From positions 72,534,583-72,598,582 of the forward strand of contig NC_057719.1 in the NCBI RefSeq assembly GCF_004010195.1: DNA of 64,000 nucleotides, written 5' to 3'. This DNA is from Chiloscyllium plagiosum. Taxonomy: Eukaryota. The position numbers were made by a program, and so were the translations under genes. Below are positions 23,409-35,652 of the stretch, piece by piece. The notes below the pieces were generated by a model. The model was not told the origin of the DNA. It saw only the letters and a program-made list of their open reading frames with translations, and searched no databases. Numbering within the stretch: the stretch's first letter is position 1; each line of letters begins with the position of its first letter.

Positions 23409-24880
23409 CATTATCGAACGGGAAAGCAGGCTTAATGAACATAATGGCCTCCTAGGCCAAAGAGTATGTTTTAATAGTGCCTCAAAGTGGAACAGAAGAT
23501 AATGAGGCAGTGTGATTTGGGAAAGAAATTTCACAGCTAAAGGCTATGTAGTTGAAGGCATTTCCACCAACGGAGCAGCAATTAAACAGCTGACTGACAA
23601 TATCTTCTCTTGCTCATGCAAGTTTACTGCAAATGATTTCCTCACCTCAGGTGCATACTCCTCCCTTTCCAAACTACTGCCACCAATGACTCCATGAAAG
23701 ATCTGCTTTTCCCCTTCCACAACTACCAATCCCATTTTCAACCCCTATTTCCTCTTCACAATCCTTGAATCCTTGTTTTCTCCTAGATCTGTTCTCAGCT
23801 TTCTAACAATTTCATTTGAACTTTTATTAGGTTTTCACCTATGTCACAATGTTAAAACAAGTTTAACTTAATTCATAAATGGCATTTAACGTGTTTGAGA
23901 CCTGAGCGAGCAACCCTTCCTTGTTCTCACCAACACTCTGGAGCTTTTGATGCCTGTCATCTACATCACTCTCAATCAACATCGCTTTTGTTGTCCAGTC
24001 CGAGGAGACTGACCTTGTTTTTGTAACTTACCTCACCATAACAGGTACAGTCTCGCCAGTGATGGCTTCTCAACTTTGACCTGTTACCTCCAGAATCTTA
24101 CAAGGATTTACCTTTGATCGTAATCACCTCATCAACATGTTGCTTTGATGATAACATGAACTTCTGTGCATACAATGACATCCAACTCAATTTCTTCGTC
24201 ATCTTCTATAACCGTCAATGCTTTAGATTTCTGCTTTGGTTCTGTTCACCGAGCTGGAAGTTTTTGTTGCAACAAAAACTTCCAGCTCGGCGAACAGAAC
24301 CACAGCAACAAGCACCTGAGCTACAAATCTTCTCACAAACTTTGAGTTTTAGTTTTCTGATAGTAGTCTTTGATGAGCTATAACTTCCTCCAGTTAAACA
24401 TTGTGAAGAGCACAGCCATTGTATTCAAACCATCAGCTCCATCCTCATCTCAGGGACAGTTGTAGGTTAAAGCAGAATATTTGCAATCTCACTATACCAT
24501 TTAACCGGAGTTGAACCTCTCACCCCATATCCTCTCCATTTCAAGGACTGATTACTTCCACCTCCTGAACATTGTCTGCTCTGCTCTTACCGCAGCCCGT
24601 GTGTCAATGAAACTCATTTCTATGTCTTTGTCATTTCCAGATTCAAATATTCCTACACTCTCCCGGTCAGCATCTATGGGCATGTTCTTTGTTTCCTGCT
24701 GTTTCTAAATGATTGAGATTTGCACTGCCAGCCACTCGAAGGAATGAAACTGGAAGTGGGAGGAAAAAATTCTCGAATGGTAGATTAATGCAAAAATTAC
24801 AGCAAAACCCTGCATAGCAACATAAACTGGTGCTTGAATGCAATGAAATATTACTGCTGTAATTTATGCAATAATGCTAG

Positions 24881-25539
24881 TGTTATGAAGGTGTAAGGGG
24901 CACTGTACCTTTAAGAGTGTTGAAGGACTTAGCAAGAAGAGAGTGCTGGAGAATTCACAATGTAATATTTGGTCCAGCAGCTAGTAGTACTTGGGTTGCT
25001 ATGAGACAAAAACAAATTCAAATTCAGCCAGTTTAAATTTTGCCCCAAGATACTACATTCCAAAATGAAACGATCTGATGCTTGATTGGTATAAATATTA
25101 AACAAATTGAACAGTTGGAGGAGTACTGTCAAGCCACCAACGTATGCAGAATGCCTGCAGAATAGCTTTCTTAAAAGGTACCTTAATCTATCAACGACCT
25201 GTGAAACAAAAATCCTAAGACTACAGAGGAAGATACAAACTGAAGATTCGACAGCGGCTGGTTTTGAAATTTGAATTTTTTGGTAAATCTTAATTGGGGG
25301 TTTTATCAGACCAACAGTCGAGAATGGGAAGTAAAAGATAGGTTAGAGAAAGGAGTTGTAAATAGTTGTTAGTTAATTCTCTGATAGACTTTCAAAAAAA
25401 ACTTGTTAATTTTTATTTTAAATAGTGACCTTCCAGATAGTTCTTGGCCTCTTGAGTTTTAACAGATTACAGCACAAGTTAAATCATTTCTGAGCTGTTT
25501 AAATTAGTGGGGGGTGGGGGTTTACCTCGTGTCATAACA
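24881..25539. mobile_element. Solo LTR, copy 2 (same family as 10726-11433)
   Basis: TGTTATGA...TCATAACA 8-bp inverted termini; 4-bp TSD ctag at 24877-24880 and 25540-25543. Confidence 0.82.
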
Positions 25540-25899
25540 CTAGCATTGTCAAGAGGGGATTGGGCCCTATGCCTAATTTTGACAGCAAAGCCCTCTTCTC
25601 TCACTATACAATTGATTTTTCACTGCTCACCTTTATCTCAACAGCTGGAAGTAAAGCATTCTAACATATCATTCTCCTTGCACATTCCACAGGAAATAGG
25701 CTAGATCATTTTGTAGTTATAAAACTATTGCATCAGAGCCGAAGGCATGAGATATTTTGGGAACTGGGAGCAACTGAGGTAAAACATACACAAAGGTAGA
25801 AGAGGTTGAAGAAAAAAGAAGGATGAAAGGATTGGAGAGTGAGCTCAAATAAGAGTATGACTCTTTGCAATGGCCTTAAGATTCATAAGAAAATAAGCA

Positions 25900-26345
25900 G
25901 GCAGATACACTAACAATTCACAAGGCACACAGCATATTAGATTGTTCCCTTTGGGACTGGAGTACAAAACTAAGTCTTGCGATAACTGTATAGAGCTTGG
26001 ATGAGACCACACCGGAAGTATTATGCATTGCTCTGGTGTGTATATCGTATGTTGCTTTGGAGGTAGGATAGAGAAGATTTGCAAGATTCATTCCTGGAAT
26101 AAAAGAGGCTGTCCTACAATGATATGAAGACTAAATTAGGCCTACATCTTCTTGAGATTAGAAGAGTGAGAGGTGATCCAATTAAAATATAGAAGATCCT
26201 GAAGGAAGTCTAACTTGGCTGGGAATCTAGAACACGTGCACTGTCTCAGAATAAGGGGTCGATCATGTAGGATTAAAATAAGGATAAATCTCTTCATTCA
26301 TAGGTTTATGAACCTTTGGAATTCTTTGCCCAGAACATTGTGGCT
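25900..26345 (+). mobile_element. Decayed CR1 3' fragment
   Basis: Degenerate LYRA-MRPH, RGDLI and GNLEHV-type CR1 motifs. Confidence 0.6.
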
Positions 26346-26459
26346 TCTTCTTACCAACCGGTAAGTGGCTTAAAGAAAAGAGATGTGCGTTTACACAGCA
26401 CCTTTCACAGTTTCATGACATCGCAAAACGTTTTACAGCCAATGAAATACTTTTGAAGT

Positions 26460-28845
26460 GCAGTCAGTGGCAAGGAGATTCTGCAGCCATGAGCGTGAAT
26501 TCAGGATGGTATGTGGCCTCCCTGATGCCAGGGTCAAGAATGTCTCAAAACAGTTGCAGGATATTGTCAAATGGAAGAGTGAGAAGCTTATGTACAACAT
26601 AATTAGGGGAAGGGTTGCGGTTTTGCAGAGTGAAGATAGGAAGTTAGGTAGACAGTTAAAAAGCAGAACCTCAAAAGGTAGCAACCTCTGGATTACACCC
26701 AGTGCCATGTGCTAGTAAAAGTAGGAATAAGAGAATAAGGCACTTAAGTCAATGGCTGAAGAGATGGTGCACTGAACAAGGATTCAGATGTTTCTACAAT
26801 TGGGTTCTCCTCTGGAGCACAAAAGACCGTTCAAAACAAACAGTTTTCACCTGAACTGGAAGGGCACCAATATTCTAGCAGGCAGATTTCCTAGTGCTAT
26901 TTGGGAACCTTTAAACCAGTAGGAAGGGAATGTGAAGGGATCCGAAGTAGTGGTGAAAATAGAAATCCAGATGAGGATGGTTCTGTATTAAAATACAGCA
27001 AGTTAATTAGAAAAGGCAGGCAAGATCGTCAGAGAACAAGGCAACTCTGATGAATTAACTGCACTTATTTCAATGCAAGGGGTCTTATAGGTAAGGCAGA
27101 TGAACTCAAGGCATGTATGTGAACATGGGACTGGTACATCATAGCTATTATAGAAACATGACCAAAGGAGGGACAGGACTGGCAGCTTAATGTTCCGGGA
27201 TTTAGCTGCAATAGGAAGGATAGAAAGGGAGACAAGAGGGGGAGTGGCATTTTTGATCAAGGAAAACATGATTGCTGTACTTAGAAAGGATATTTCTGAA
27301 GGATTGTCCAGTGAAGCCACATTGGTATAACTCAAAAATAATAAGGGCATGATCATCTTGATGGGATTGTACAATACGCCCTCCCCCCCCCAATAGTCAA
27401 TGGAAAATGGAGGAACAAATATGTAGAGAGATCTCAGATATATATATGAATAACACGGTTAAAATCGTAGGGGATTTTAACTTTCCAAACATAGACAGAG
27501 ATAGTCACAATGTTTAGGGCTCGGTTGGTGAGGAATTTATTAAATGTTTTCAAGAAAATTTTCTTTCTCTCTTGGCGAAATAAGGCAGTGCAAATGACTG
27601 AAGTATTAGCGGGAAGGCACACTTTGGGACTAGTGATCATAATTCTGTTAGTTTTAAAGGATAAGCCTTGTATAATCTTTAAAGTTTGTCATTGGACTAA
27701 GGCAAATTTTGATGTTATGAGACAGAACTTCGAAGAGTTAATTGGAGTAGATGGTTTGTCAGTAAAGGGACAACGAGTGGGAGGCTCTGAAAAGTGAGAA
27801 AACAAGAATTCAAAGGCTCTATGCTCCGATTAGTGTGAAAGGCAAGGCTGGTAAGAGTAGGTAACATTGGATGAATAAAGATATTGAGGTTCTAGCCAAG
27901 AATAAGATGAAGTCATATATTAGATGCAGAGAACTGGATCAAGTGAATCTCTTTAAGAATATAAGGGGTGTAGGGCATTCTTGGGGAGGACATCAGGACA
28001 GCAAAAATGGGATGCGTGAAATCCTTGGCACATAAGGTTAAGGATAATCCAAAGAGATTCTACAAGTACATTAAGAACAAAAGAGCAACTAAGGAAAGAA
28101 CAGGACCCCTTAAAGACCAACAAGGAACCACAGGAGATGGAAGAGATACTAAACAAATATTTTGCATCAGTTTTTACCATGGAGTAAGAAACTGAAGCTA
28201 GGGAACTCAGGGAAATAAATACTAATGTCTTGAAAACAGCCAACATTACAGAAGAATTGCTGGGGGTCTTAAAAAGCATAAAGGTGGATAAATCTCCGGG
28301 GCCTGACCAAGTGTATCCCAGGATGTTGTGGGAAGTTAGCGAAGAAATTGCGGGTCCCCTAGCAGATATGTGAATCATCTACAGCCATGGGTGAGGTATC
28401 AGAGGACTGGAGGGTAACTCATGCTGTGCCTTTATGTATGAAAGGCTGTAAGGAGAAGCCTGGGAACAAAGACATGTGAGTGCAACATCAGTAGCGGGTA
28501 AAATGATGGCGGGGATTCTGAGAGATAGGATTGACATGCATTTGGAGAAGCAAGAACTGGTTAGTGATAGTTGACATAGCTTAGTGCGTGGGAAATAGTG
28601 TCTCACAAACTTGGTTAGTTTTTTTGAGGATACAACCAAAAAGACTGATGAGGGCAGGGTGGCAGGTGTTGTCTATATGGACTTTAGTAAAGCCTTCTAC
28701 AAGGTTCTGCATAGTAGATTGATTAGTAAATTAGATCATTTGGGATTCAGAGAGAGCTTGCCAATTGGATACAAAATTGGTTTGAAGGTAGGAGTCAAGG
28801 TGTGGTGGAGGGTTGTTTTTTAGACTGTAAGCCTGTGATCAGCAG
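26460..28845 (+). mobile_element. Decayed CR1 LINE with ORF1 esterase remnant and ORF2 endonuclease/RT remnant
   Basis: RMVCGLPDARVKNVS (SGNH-esterase-type ORF1, ORF 26458); KDNPKRFYKYIK (28007); KSPGPDQVYPRML at about 28290; VVYMDFSKAFYKVLH (28611). Confidence 0.85.
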
Positions 28846-28959
28846 AGAGAGAAGAGAGAGAGAGATTTTGTCAAAATAGAAGCAACCATAGTTGGTAAAA
28901 CGGAAGAACAGGTATTAGGAAACAGAGAGTAATATGGAGGTGGATAAGTAGGATGTGAC

Positions 28960-29186
28960 TTAGATTAGGTTAGATTACAGATTAGATTAGATTAGATTAC
29001 ATTACAGTGTGGAAACAGGCCGTTCGGCCCAACAAGTCCACACCGCCCCGCCGAAGCGCCCCGCTGAAGCGCCGACACAGGAAGAACGTGCAAACTCCAC
29101 ACAGTCAGTCGCCTGAGGCGGGAATTGAACCCGGGTCTCTGGCACTGTGAGGCAGCAGTGCTAACCACTGTGCCACCGTGCCACCC
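28960..29186 (-). mobile_element. HE1-like SINE with internal deletion and (TCTAA)n tail
   Basis: Minus strand GGGTGGCACGGTGGCACAGTGGTTAGCAC...GGTTCAATTCC; tagattagattag tail on plus. Confidence 0.85.
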
Positions 29187-30242
29187 ACTTGGAGAAGCAA
29201 TGAACAGTACATTTTAACGCAACATAAAAATTGGCTAGCAATGAAAATTAAATGGAAGGAACAGATAATTATTCAAGAGTTGATAGGGAAGGAAGGCTTC
29301 AAGGGAATATTTCTGAAGATTGTTCCTCTTTACACTGGAAGAAAATATTAATTGAAGAATTCTGGAGGACATTTTTCCCTACTGACATGTATTGCTGCAA
29401 GTTATATTGCGTCCTGTGCTGGATTAATTTTAAGATGCTTTGTGACATTTTATAAATTCATAGGTTTGATCTCATACTATGTATACAACAGGCTATTAAA
29501 TTAATCTTAATCAACAAGTAAAGTTTGAATAAAGTTTGAACAGCATGATGGGAGATAGAAATACAAATCTAGACTGCAACATTATGAACTAATTTTCATT
29601 AAGGGGAAAAAGACAAAAATGTAGCTAAACCAGAGCAGTTCACAACAAATTAACAAGTTTGTATGGTTTCAAATGGCTATTCTTGTTTCAGCAAACATAC
29701 CATATACCAATCACAATTCTTAGCAACACAGGATATAAACTTTACAATAAAAAACTCAATTCAGACACTCCAGAATTCAATGAGTTTATATGAGCATGCA
29801 TAAGCATGCAGGCTTATGCAAATACAAATCTGCTAGACTGCAACTTCGCAGAGCAACAAATACATTTCAACAGCTTTTATAATTTTACAAAACAATGTAT
29901 TAGAGGTTCTACATAAAATGGTAAAAATACAAATGATGCTTTCAATGGATGTTTGAAAAGTTTTGTAAATGCAGCATAAGCAATTTATTAGTTGTAATAT
30001 TGGTTGTCCACTGGGGAAAAAAAAAATCAAAGCTCTTAAATTTATATATTCTGCAATGGAAGATAAACTAAATCTGGATAATGTAGATAGATTATTAGAG
30101 GTTATGAGAGCACTATTTAAAATACAATACTTAGAAAATGAAACAAAGCTTAAAAGTATCTGGTTGATGTTCTGTGTATAAATCTTGCATGGCTAAGGAA
30201 GCAGCTATAATAGATTGTAATTAATTTTGAAAATATTAGAAT

Positions 30243-30592
30243 GACAATAGACAATAGGTGCAGGAGTAGGCCATTCTGCCCTTCGAGCCTGCACCACCAT
30301 TCAATTTGATCACGGCTGATCATCCTTAAGCAGTATTCTGTTCCTGCCTTATCTCCATAACCCTTGATTTCACAATCCTTGAGAGCTCTATCCAACTCTT
30401 TATTAAATGAATTCAGAGACTGGGCCTCCACTGCCCTCTGGGACAGAGCATTCCACACAGCCACAACTCTCTGGGTGAAGAAGTTTCTTCTCATCTCTGT
30501 CCTAAATGGTCTACCCCGTATTTTTAAGCTGTGTCCTCTGGTTCGGCACTCACCCATCAGCGGAAACATGTTTCCTGCCTCCAGAGCGTCCA
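30243..30592 (-). mobile_element. CR1 LINE 3' fragment
   Basis: ORF 30150..30593 contains RTRGHSLKI..RRNFFTQRVVAVWNAL. Confidence 0.85.
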
Positions 30593-31388
30593 AAGAATTA
30601 CCAAAGAATATGCTGGAGATTCACATGGTTATTGAACTGACAAGGATCAGGCCATATTTGATTGAATGAAACAGAACTAATTAACCATGTGATGGGTACA
30701 GGAGTACCTTACAAAAATGACACTGGTTGAATCTGACTTTGGATCGGAGAGTGAGAAATGACAGTCACAAACTGAGGTTTTAAATTAAAGTATTGTAACT
30801 TTTGAAGAATTGGAAAGTAAATGCTTACAATGAACTAAGCTCAGCTGTTAGTGAATAAACCTACACAGAAACAATGAAAGCTACTCAAGAAAATATCTGA
30901 TATGATACAGTATCCTTAAAAAGGCAAAGATAACACTTGCACAGCTGAAACAAGGGTCAGCAAATGAGACAAGAGGTAGTACTAAATTAAAATACTTCAA
31001 ATAGAAAAGCAACAAAGTGATACTGAGCAAATATATGGTGCAAAGATGGAACAAATAAAAAATTACAATGGATATCCAAGCTATGATTTTAGAGTGATTG
31101 ATAATGAGCCATTGTCCAACAGAGATGGACAATTGGTGATGTAGCCTGAGGGGCATCATGTTTATACATTAAAACAAAATAAAATGGCGCGGAGGAATGT
31201 GTATCCACAAAAAAAAGAAAAACATATCAGATAATTAAAAATGGTGGATGTGTTAATTCGATATTTTGCCTTCATTTCACTAAGAAGGAAGACAATAAAA
31301 TACCAGCTCTACAGGAATACCTACACATTAAGAAATAGAACTGGGTACAGGTACAGGTAATTTAAGCAAAATGAAGGCAATGGAGAAT

Positions 31389-31725
31389 GGGGCAGCATGA
31401 TGGCTCAGTGGTTAGCACTGCTGCCTCACAGCGCCAGGGACCAGGGTTCAATTCCCGCCTCAGGCAACTATCTGTGTGGAGTTTGCACATTCTCCCTGTG
31501 TCTGCGTGGGTTTCCTCCGGGTGCTCCAGTTTCCTCCCACAGTCCAAAGATGTGCAGGTTAGGTAAATTGGCCATGCTAAATTGCCCGTAATGTTAGGTG
31601 CATTAGTCAAGGGTGAATGTAGGGGAATGGGTCTGGATGGGTTGCTCTTCGGAGGGTCAGTGTGGACTTGTTGGGCTGAAGGGCCTGTTTCCACATTGTA
31701 GTGAAACTAATCTAATCTAAACTAA
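31389..31725 (+). mobile_element. Full-length HE1-like tRNA-derived SINE
   Basis: A box TGGCTCAGTGG, B box GGTTCAATTCC, CR1/HER1-like 3' part, ctaatctaatctaa tail. Confidence 0.9.
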
Positions 31726-32255
31726 AAAATAATTGGACACATTCTTTTAAGATCCCTGGGCTGAAACAAAAAGAAACAAATCCAATGCACTCTGGATTCA
31801 GGAAATATGCCTTGGATTGAAAAACTGAAAATATCACTGCTATTTCAGTTGACCATAAAGTGATAATACCACAGAAGGAGGCCAATCAGCCCTCAAATCT
31901 ATGCCAATTTTATGCAGAACATTTCAATCAGTCACATACCCTGCTCTGTTCCTACAAGTTTATTTCCTTCAAATGCCTATTCAATTTCCCTTCAAAATCA
32001 CTGACTATCTTCACTTTTGCCACTTTTGAGGCTACAAGCTCCAGGTTTACAGCAGCCCCTGCACTCTTCCACAAAACATTAAATCTGTACACTAGCCTTT
32101 GTATTATCATTTAAGTGGAACAGAATTGACTTGTCTACCAAAAATAACTTGTCACAAGCTTGTCCAGCTTTATTAGGGGTTACTTTAACCTCCTTTCTTC
32201 CAAGGAGAACAGCCCCAAACTCTCTAACCTAACCTTGTAGTTAATGCATTTTGTT

Positions 32256-32395
32256 TAGAGTTCTGGAAAAAGGTCACCGGACCCGAAATGTCGACTCTGC
32301 TTTCTCTCCACGGATTGATCCAGTTGAGTTGAGTTTTTCTAGCAATTTCTGTTTGTGATTCTGTGATTTCCATCAGCTGCAGTTCTGTTATTTTT
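32256..32395 (+). mobile_element. Older Penelope-like pLTR fragment with a decayed hammerhead, inside a minus-strand CR1 (about 31870-32880)
   Basis: gagtt-CTGGAAA-AAGGTCaccgGACCC-GAAATGTC-gactc; stem I retained, core mutated. Confidence 0.6.
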
Positions 32396-32948
32396 CTTGT
32401 AGTTAAAAATCCCTGATCCTTGGAAACTTTCTAGTAAATCATATTTGCACCTACTCAAGGACCTTCTCAACATCCCTGAAGTGTGATGACTAGAAGTTGA
32501 TGCAATACTGAAGTGGGAGTCTAACCTGAGATTTTAAAGCCCAACTTTTCTAATTTTATACTTAATATTTTTGTTCATTTTACCGAAGACCCAAACACTT
32601 TGCTAACTACCTGCCCAATATGTTCTGTCATTTTAAAAGACCTATGCACTCAGGCCCCTTCTGCCTCAATACACTCTTTGCTAGTAAATGTATTAAATTG
32701 CTTTCGAGCCTTGCCATCAAAAATGCATCATCTCTCACTTCTCTGCATTAAATTCAATTTTCCACTTATCTACCTATTGTTCAGATTGTGTCTTATTGCA
32801 GTCAATCATCTTCATTGTTTGCCTTCTACAAGTTTGGCATCATCAGTACATTATTGAAATTTTACCCTGCGTTCAAACATTCAAGTACAGCAAATTTTGT
32901 TTTAACCAGCACCTTAAGAACTGGCACTCTTAATATAATAATTATATA

Positions 32949-33179
32949 GGAGGAGAAAGTGAGGACTGCAGATGCTGGAGATCAGAGCTGAAAATGTGTT
33001 GCTGGAAAAGCGCAGGTCAGGCAGCATCCAAGGAACAGGAGAATCGATGTTTCGGGCATAAGCCCTTCTTCAGGAATGAGGCTCATTCCTGAAGAAGGGC
33101 TTATGCCCGAAATGTCGATTCTCCTGTTCCTTGGATGCTGCCTGACCTGCTGCACTTTTCCAGCAACACATTTTCAGCC
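32949..33179 (-). mobile_element. Family A Penelope-like fold-back insertion with hammerhead cores on both strands (33046-33073 minus, 33089-33116 plus)
   Basis: 14-bp TSD ataataattatata at 32935-32948 and 33180-33193; arms meet at a 1-nt loop (33081). Confidence 0.88.
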
Positions 33180-33242
33180 ATAATAATTATATACCCAAGA
33201 TACTGTATTATTGTGATTTCCACCATGTCCAAGTAGTCAGTT

Positions 33243-33740
33243 ATAGAGTCATAGAGATGTACAGCATGAAACAGACCCTTCAGTCCAACCTGTCCACACC
33301 GACCAGATATCCCAACCCAATCTAGTCCCACCTGCCAGCACCCGGCCCATATCCCTCCAAACCCTTCCTATTCATATACCCATCCAAATGCCTCTTAAAT
33401 GTTGCAATTGTTCCAGCCTCCACCACTTCCTCTGGCAGCTCATTCCATACACGTACCACCGTCTGTGTGGAAAAAGTTGCCCCTTAGGTCTCTTTTATAT
33501 CTTTGCCCTCTCACCTTAAATCTATGCCCTCTTGTTCTGGACTCCCCTACTCGAGGAAAAAGCCTTTGTCTATTTATCCTATCCATGCACCTCATAATTT
33601 TGTAAACCTCTATAAGGTCACTCCTCAGCCTCCGACGCTTCAGGGAAAACAGCCCCAGACTGTTCAGCTTCTCCCGATAGCTCAAATCCTCCAACCCTGG
33701 CAACATCCTTGTAAATCTTTTCTGAACCCTTTCAAGTTTC
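33243..33740 (-). mobile_element. Young CR1/HER1 3' fragment
   Basis: Near-identical reverse complement of about 22925-23405; ORF 33440..33706. Confidence 0.9.
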
Positions 33741-35652
33741 AGTTAAAGGCGTGAATGAGAAAGCTCTCTGCCAATAAGTTTTATTTGTTACTATTTCAGT
33801 GACTTATGCTGTAAATAAAGTACAATGCGACGTGTTTACCCCTTGCATTACGTTTCTATTACTTAGTGTGTGTTTTTACATTGATTATGCAGGTCCCTTG
33901 ATTATTTGTAATATCTGATCACCTGACACACTCCTGGTCGCATAGATGCTGTATAATAAAAGGTTCGCTGTAGTTCATACAGAGAGAAAAACAGTTGTCC
34001 TCATTTTTGTCAAGCAGGGTATCTGTTTTTGAGTTTTAAAAACTGTGGACTGAAATAAGAAAGAACTGTTTTAAAAGTGTTTTAATAGAATGCTGCAGTT
34101 GTGCAAGCAAGTAACCTGACACCCATGCCAAGCATCATGCAAACTGTTTGAAAAAGTAGAAATTGGAATTTCAGTTTCTGACATCTGGAGCCAAGGGGGT
34201 ATACTGATGCAGCATTTGATTGATAAATGGTTATTAGTCCATAGACAAATAACAGAGGGTTTTTGCTAACCTGCAACTGTGTGATTAATTCTCAGGTAAA
34301 AGAATAACTTGGAGCAAGAAACAAGTCATAGAGGTAAAGAAGTGTTCAGTTCTTCCCCAGCTGAGGAGCAGCCCATTCTCTGCAGTCACAACTTACTGTA
34401 AACCGAAAGAAAACCAATTTATCATTTCCGCAACAGCTGTTGATCACTGACTTTCAACTGCCAAATCACAGAGTTTTTAATAAGCCTATCAGCCAACTTG
34501 TGCCTGTTACTAAAAAGTGAAAGCATTGGAGAAAGACGATTGAAGCAACACACCAGTCAGCAAAAAGTCATAAGGATCGTCTCAACGACAGAACCTGAAA
34601 CAAAGACATGAACTGTCTTTCCAGTTTTATCCTCATTGTCCATATCTATTTTATCCTGTCTGTCTATATATGTGTGTATATTTATAAAGGATCAGTTTTA
34701 TTTAGTAGCACTGTATATGTCAATGGATTGTATGGCTTACATGTAGCTAGAGTCTAAATTAGGGGTACAGAAGGGAGAAGATGGGGAGAGGGAGCATGAT
34801 GGGAGAGGAGAGTGAAGGAAGAAAGCAAGTGCAAGAAATGAGATATGGGGAGAGACAGGAGAAGAAAAGGAAAAATACGGCAGTGGGCAAGAGAGGCAGA
34901 AACAGAGGTAAAGTCAGGCAGGGAAGTGGTAAGAAAAATGAGTCCAGCAGTCAAGTTGAGAAAGTGAGGGCGCCAGTATTAGTAACAGCATCAGTGAGGG
35001 GGAAACAAGTCAACCTGGGAGTGAAGAATAGTTAGGACTTTCTGGCAAAACATCATTGACAAATTTTTCCATGACATCCATGAGGACTTGAGTATATATG
35101 ATAAAGCAAAGTTCTCCAAGTACCTGTGAATATCTTCTTTCTTATTTCTAAAACTTTATTCATCACTGATATTAGTGACTGGCCTGGTACCACATTTAAC
35201 ACTTTCTAATCCTTTGGGACCTCTGGAAAAGATTGGAAGATTATGGCAAGCATTTTCCCTATATACAGTCTCACTTGCCTTCACAAATTGAGATGAAAGC
35301 AATTCGAACCAATGAGTTTTTCCAATACACCCTGCCTTTCAAATTCATTCCACCCATTATTTCTACTGATACTTTGTCAGCTTCCCTGTCCTTAGTAAAC
35401 CCCAAAACAAAGAACTTGTTACGTGTTCCATACTAATCTAAGTAGAGAGTAAGGAGACAGCTGAGTGTAAAACTAACAAGTTTATATCAACTATAGCAAC
35501 GTTACCTCAGACTATCATTGTGTAGATTAAAACAAAAGTAGTACCAACAGTCTGGATTTGTGAAGACTACGGCACGTCAGATAAACTTAGCTGAGATTTA
35601 TTTGAGAAGACTTCCACCAAGGTATTTAGTATTATCGAAGAAAGCATTTGAT

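Larger units (their letters stand above)
32888..33970. mobile_element. pogo/Tigger-like MITE hosting nested Penelope-like and CR1 insertions
   Basis: TA|CAGCAAATTTTGTTTTAACCAGCA left end versus TGCTGTATAATAAAAGGTTCGCTG|TA right end; imperfect TIRs, TA TSD. Confidence 0.55.

Noticed and set aside
31389..31470. tRNA genes at the SINE heads (also about 7400-7477 and 29110-29186)
   Set aside because: A and B boxes are present, but they continue into the SINE body and LINE-like tail; no complete cloverleaf.
34760..34940. Purine-rich tract and ORF 34781..35035 (a similar tract lies at about 63320-63420)
   Set aside because: Low-complexity GA-rich sequence without splice or protein-family support.
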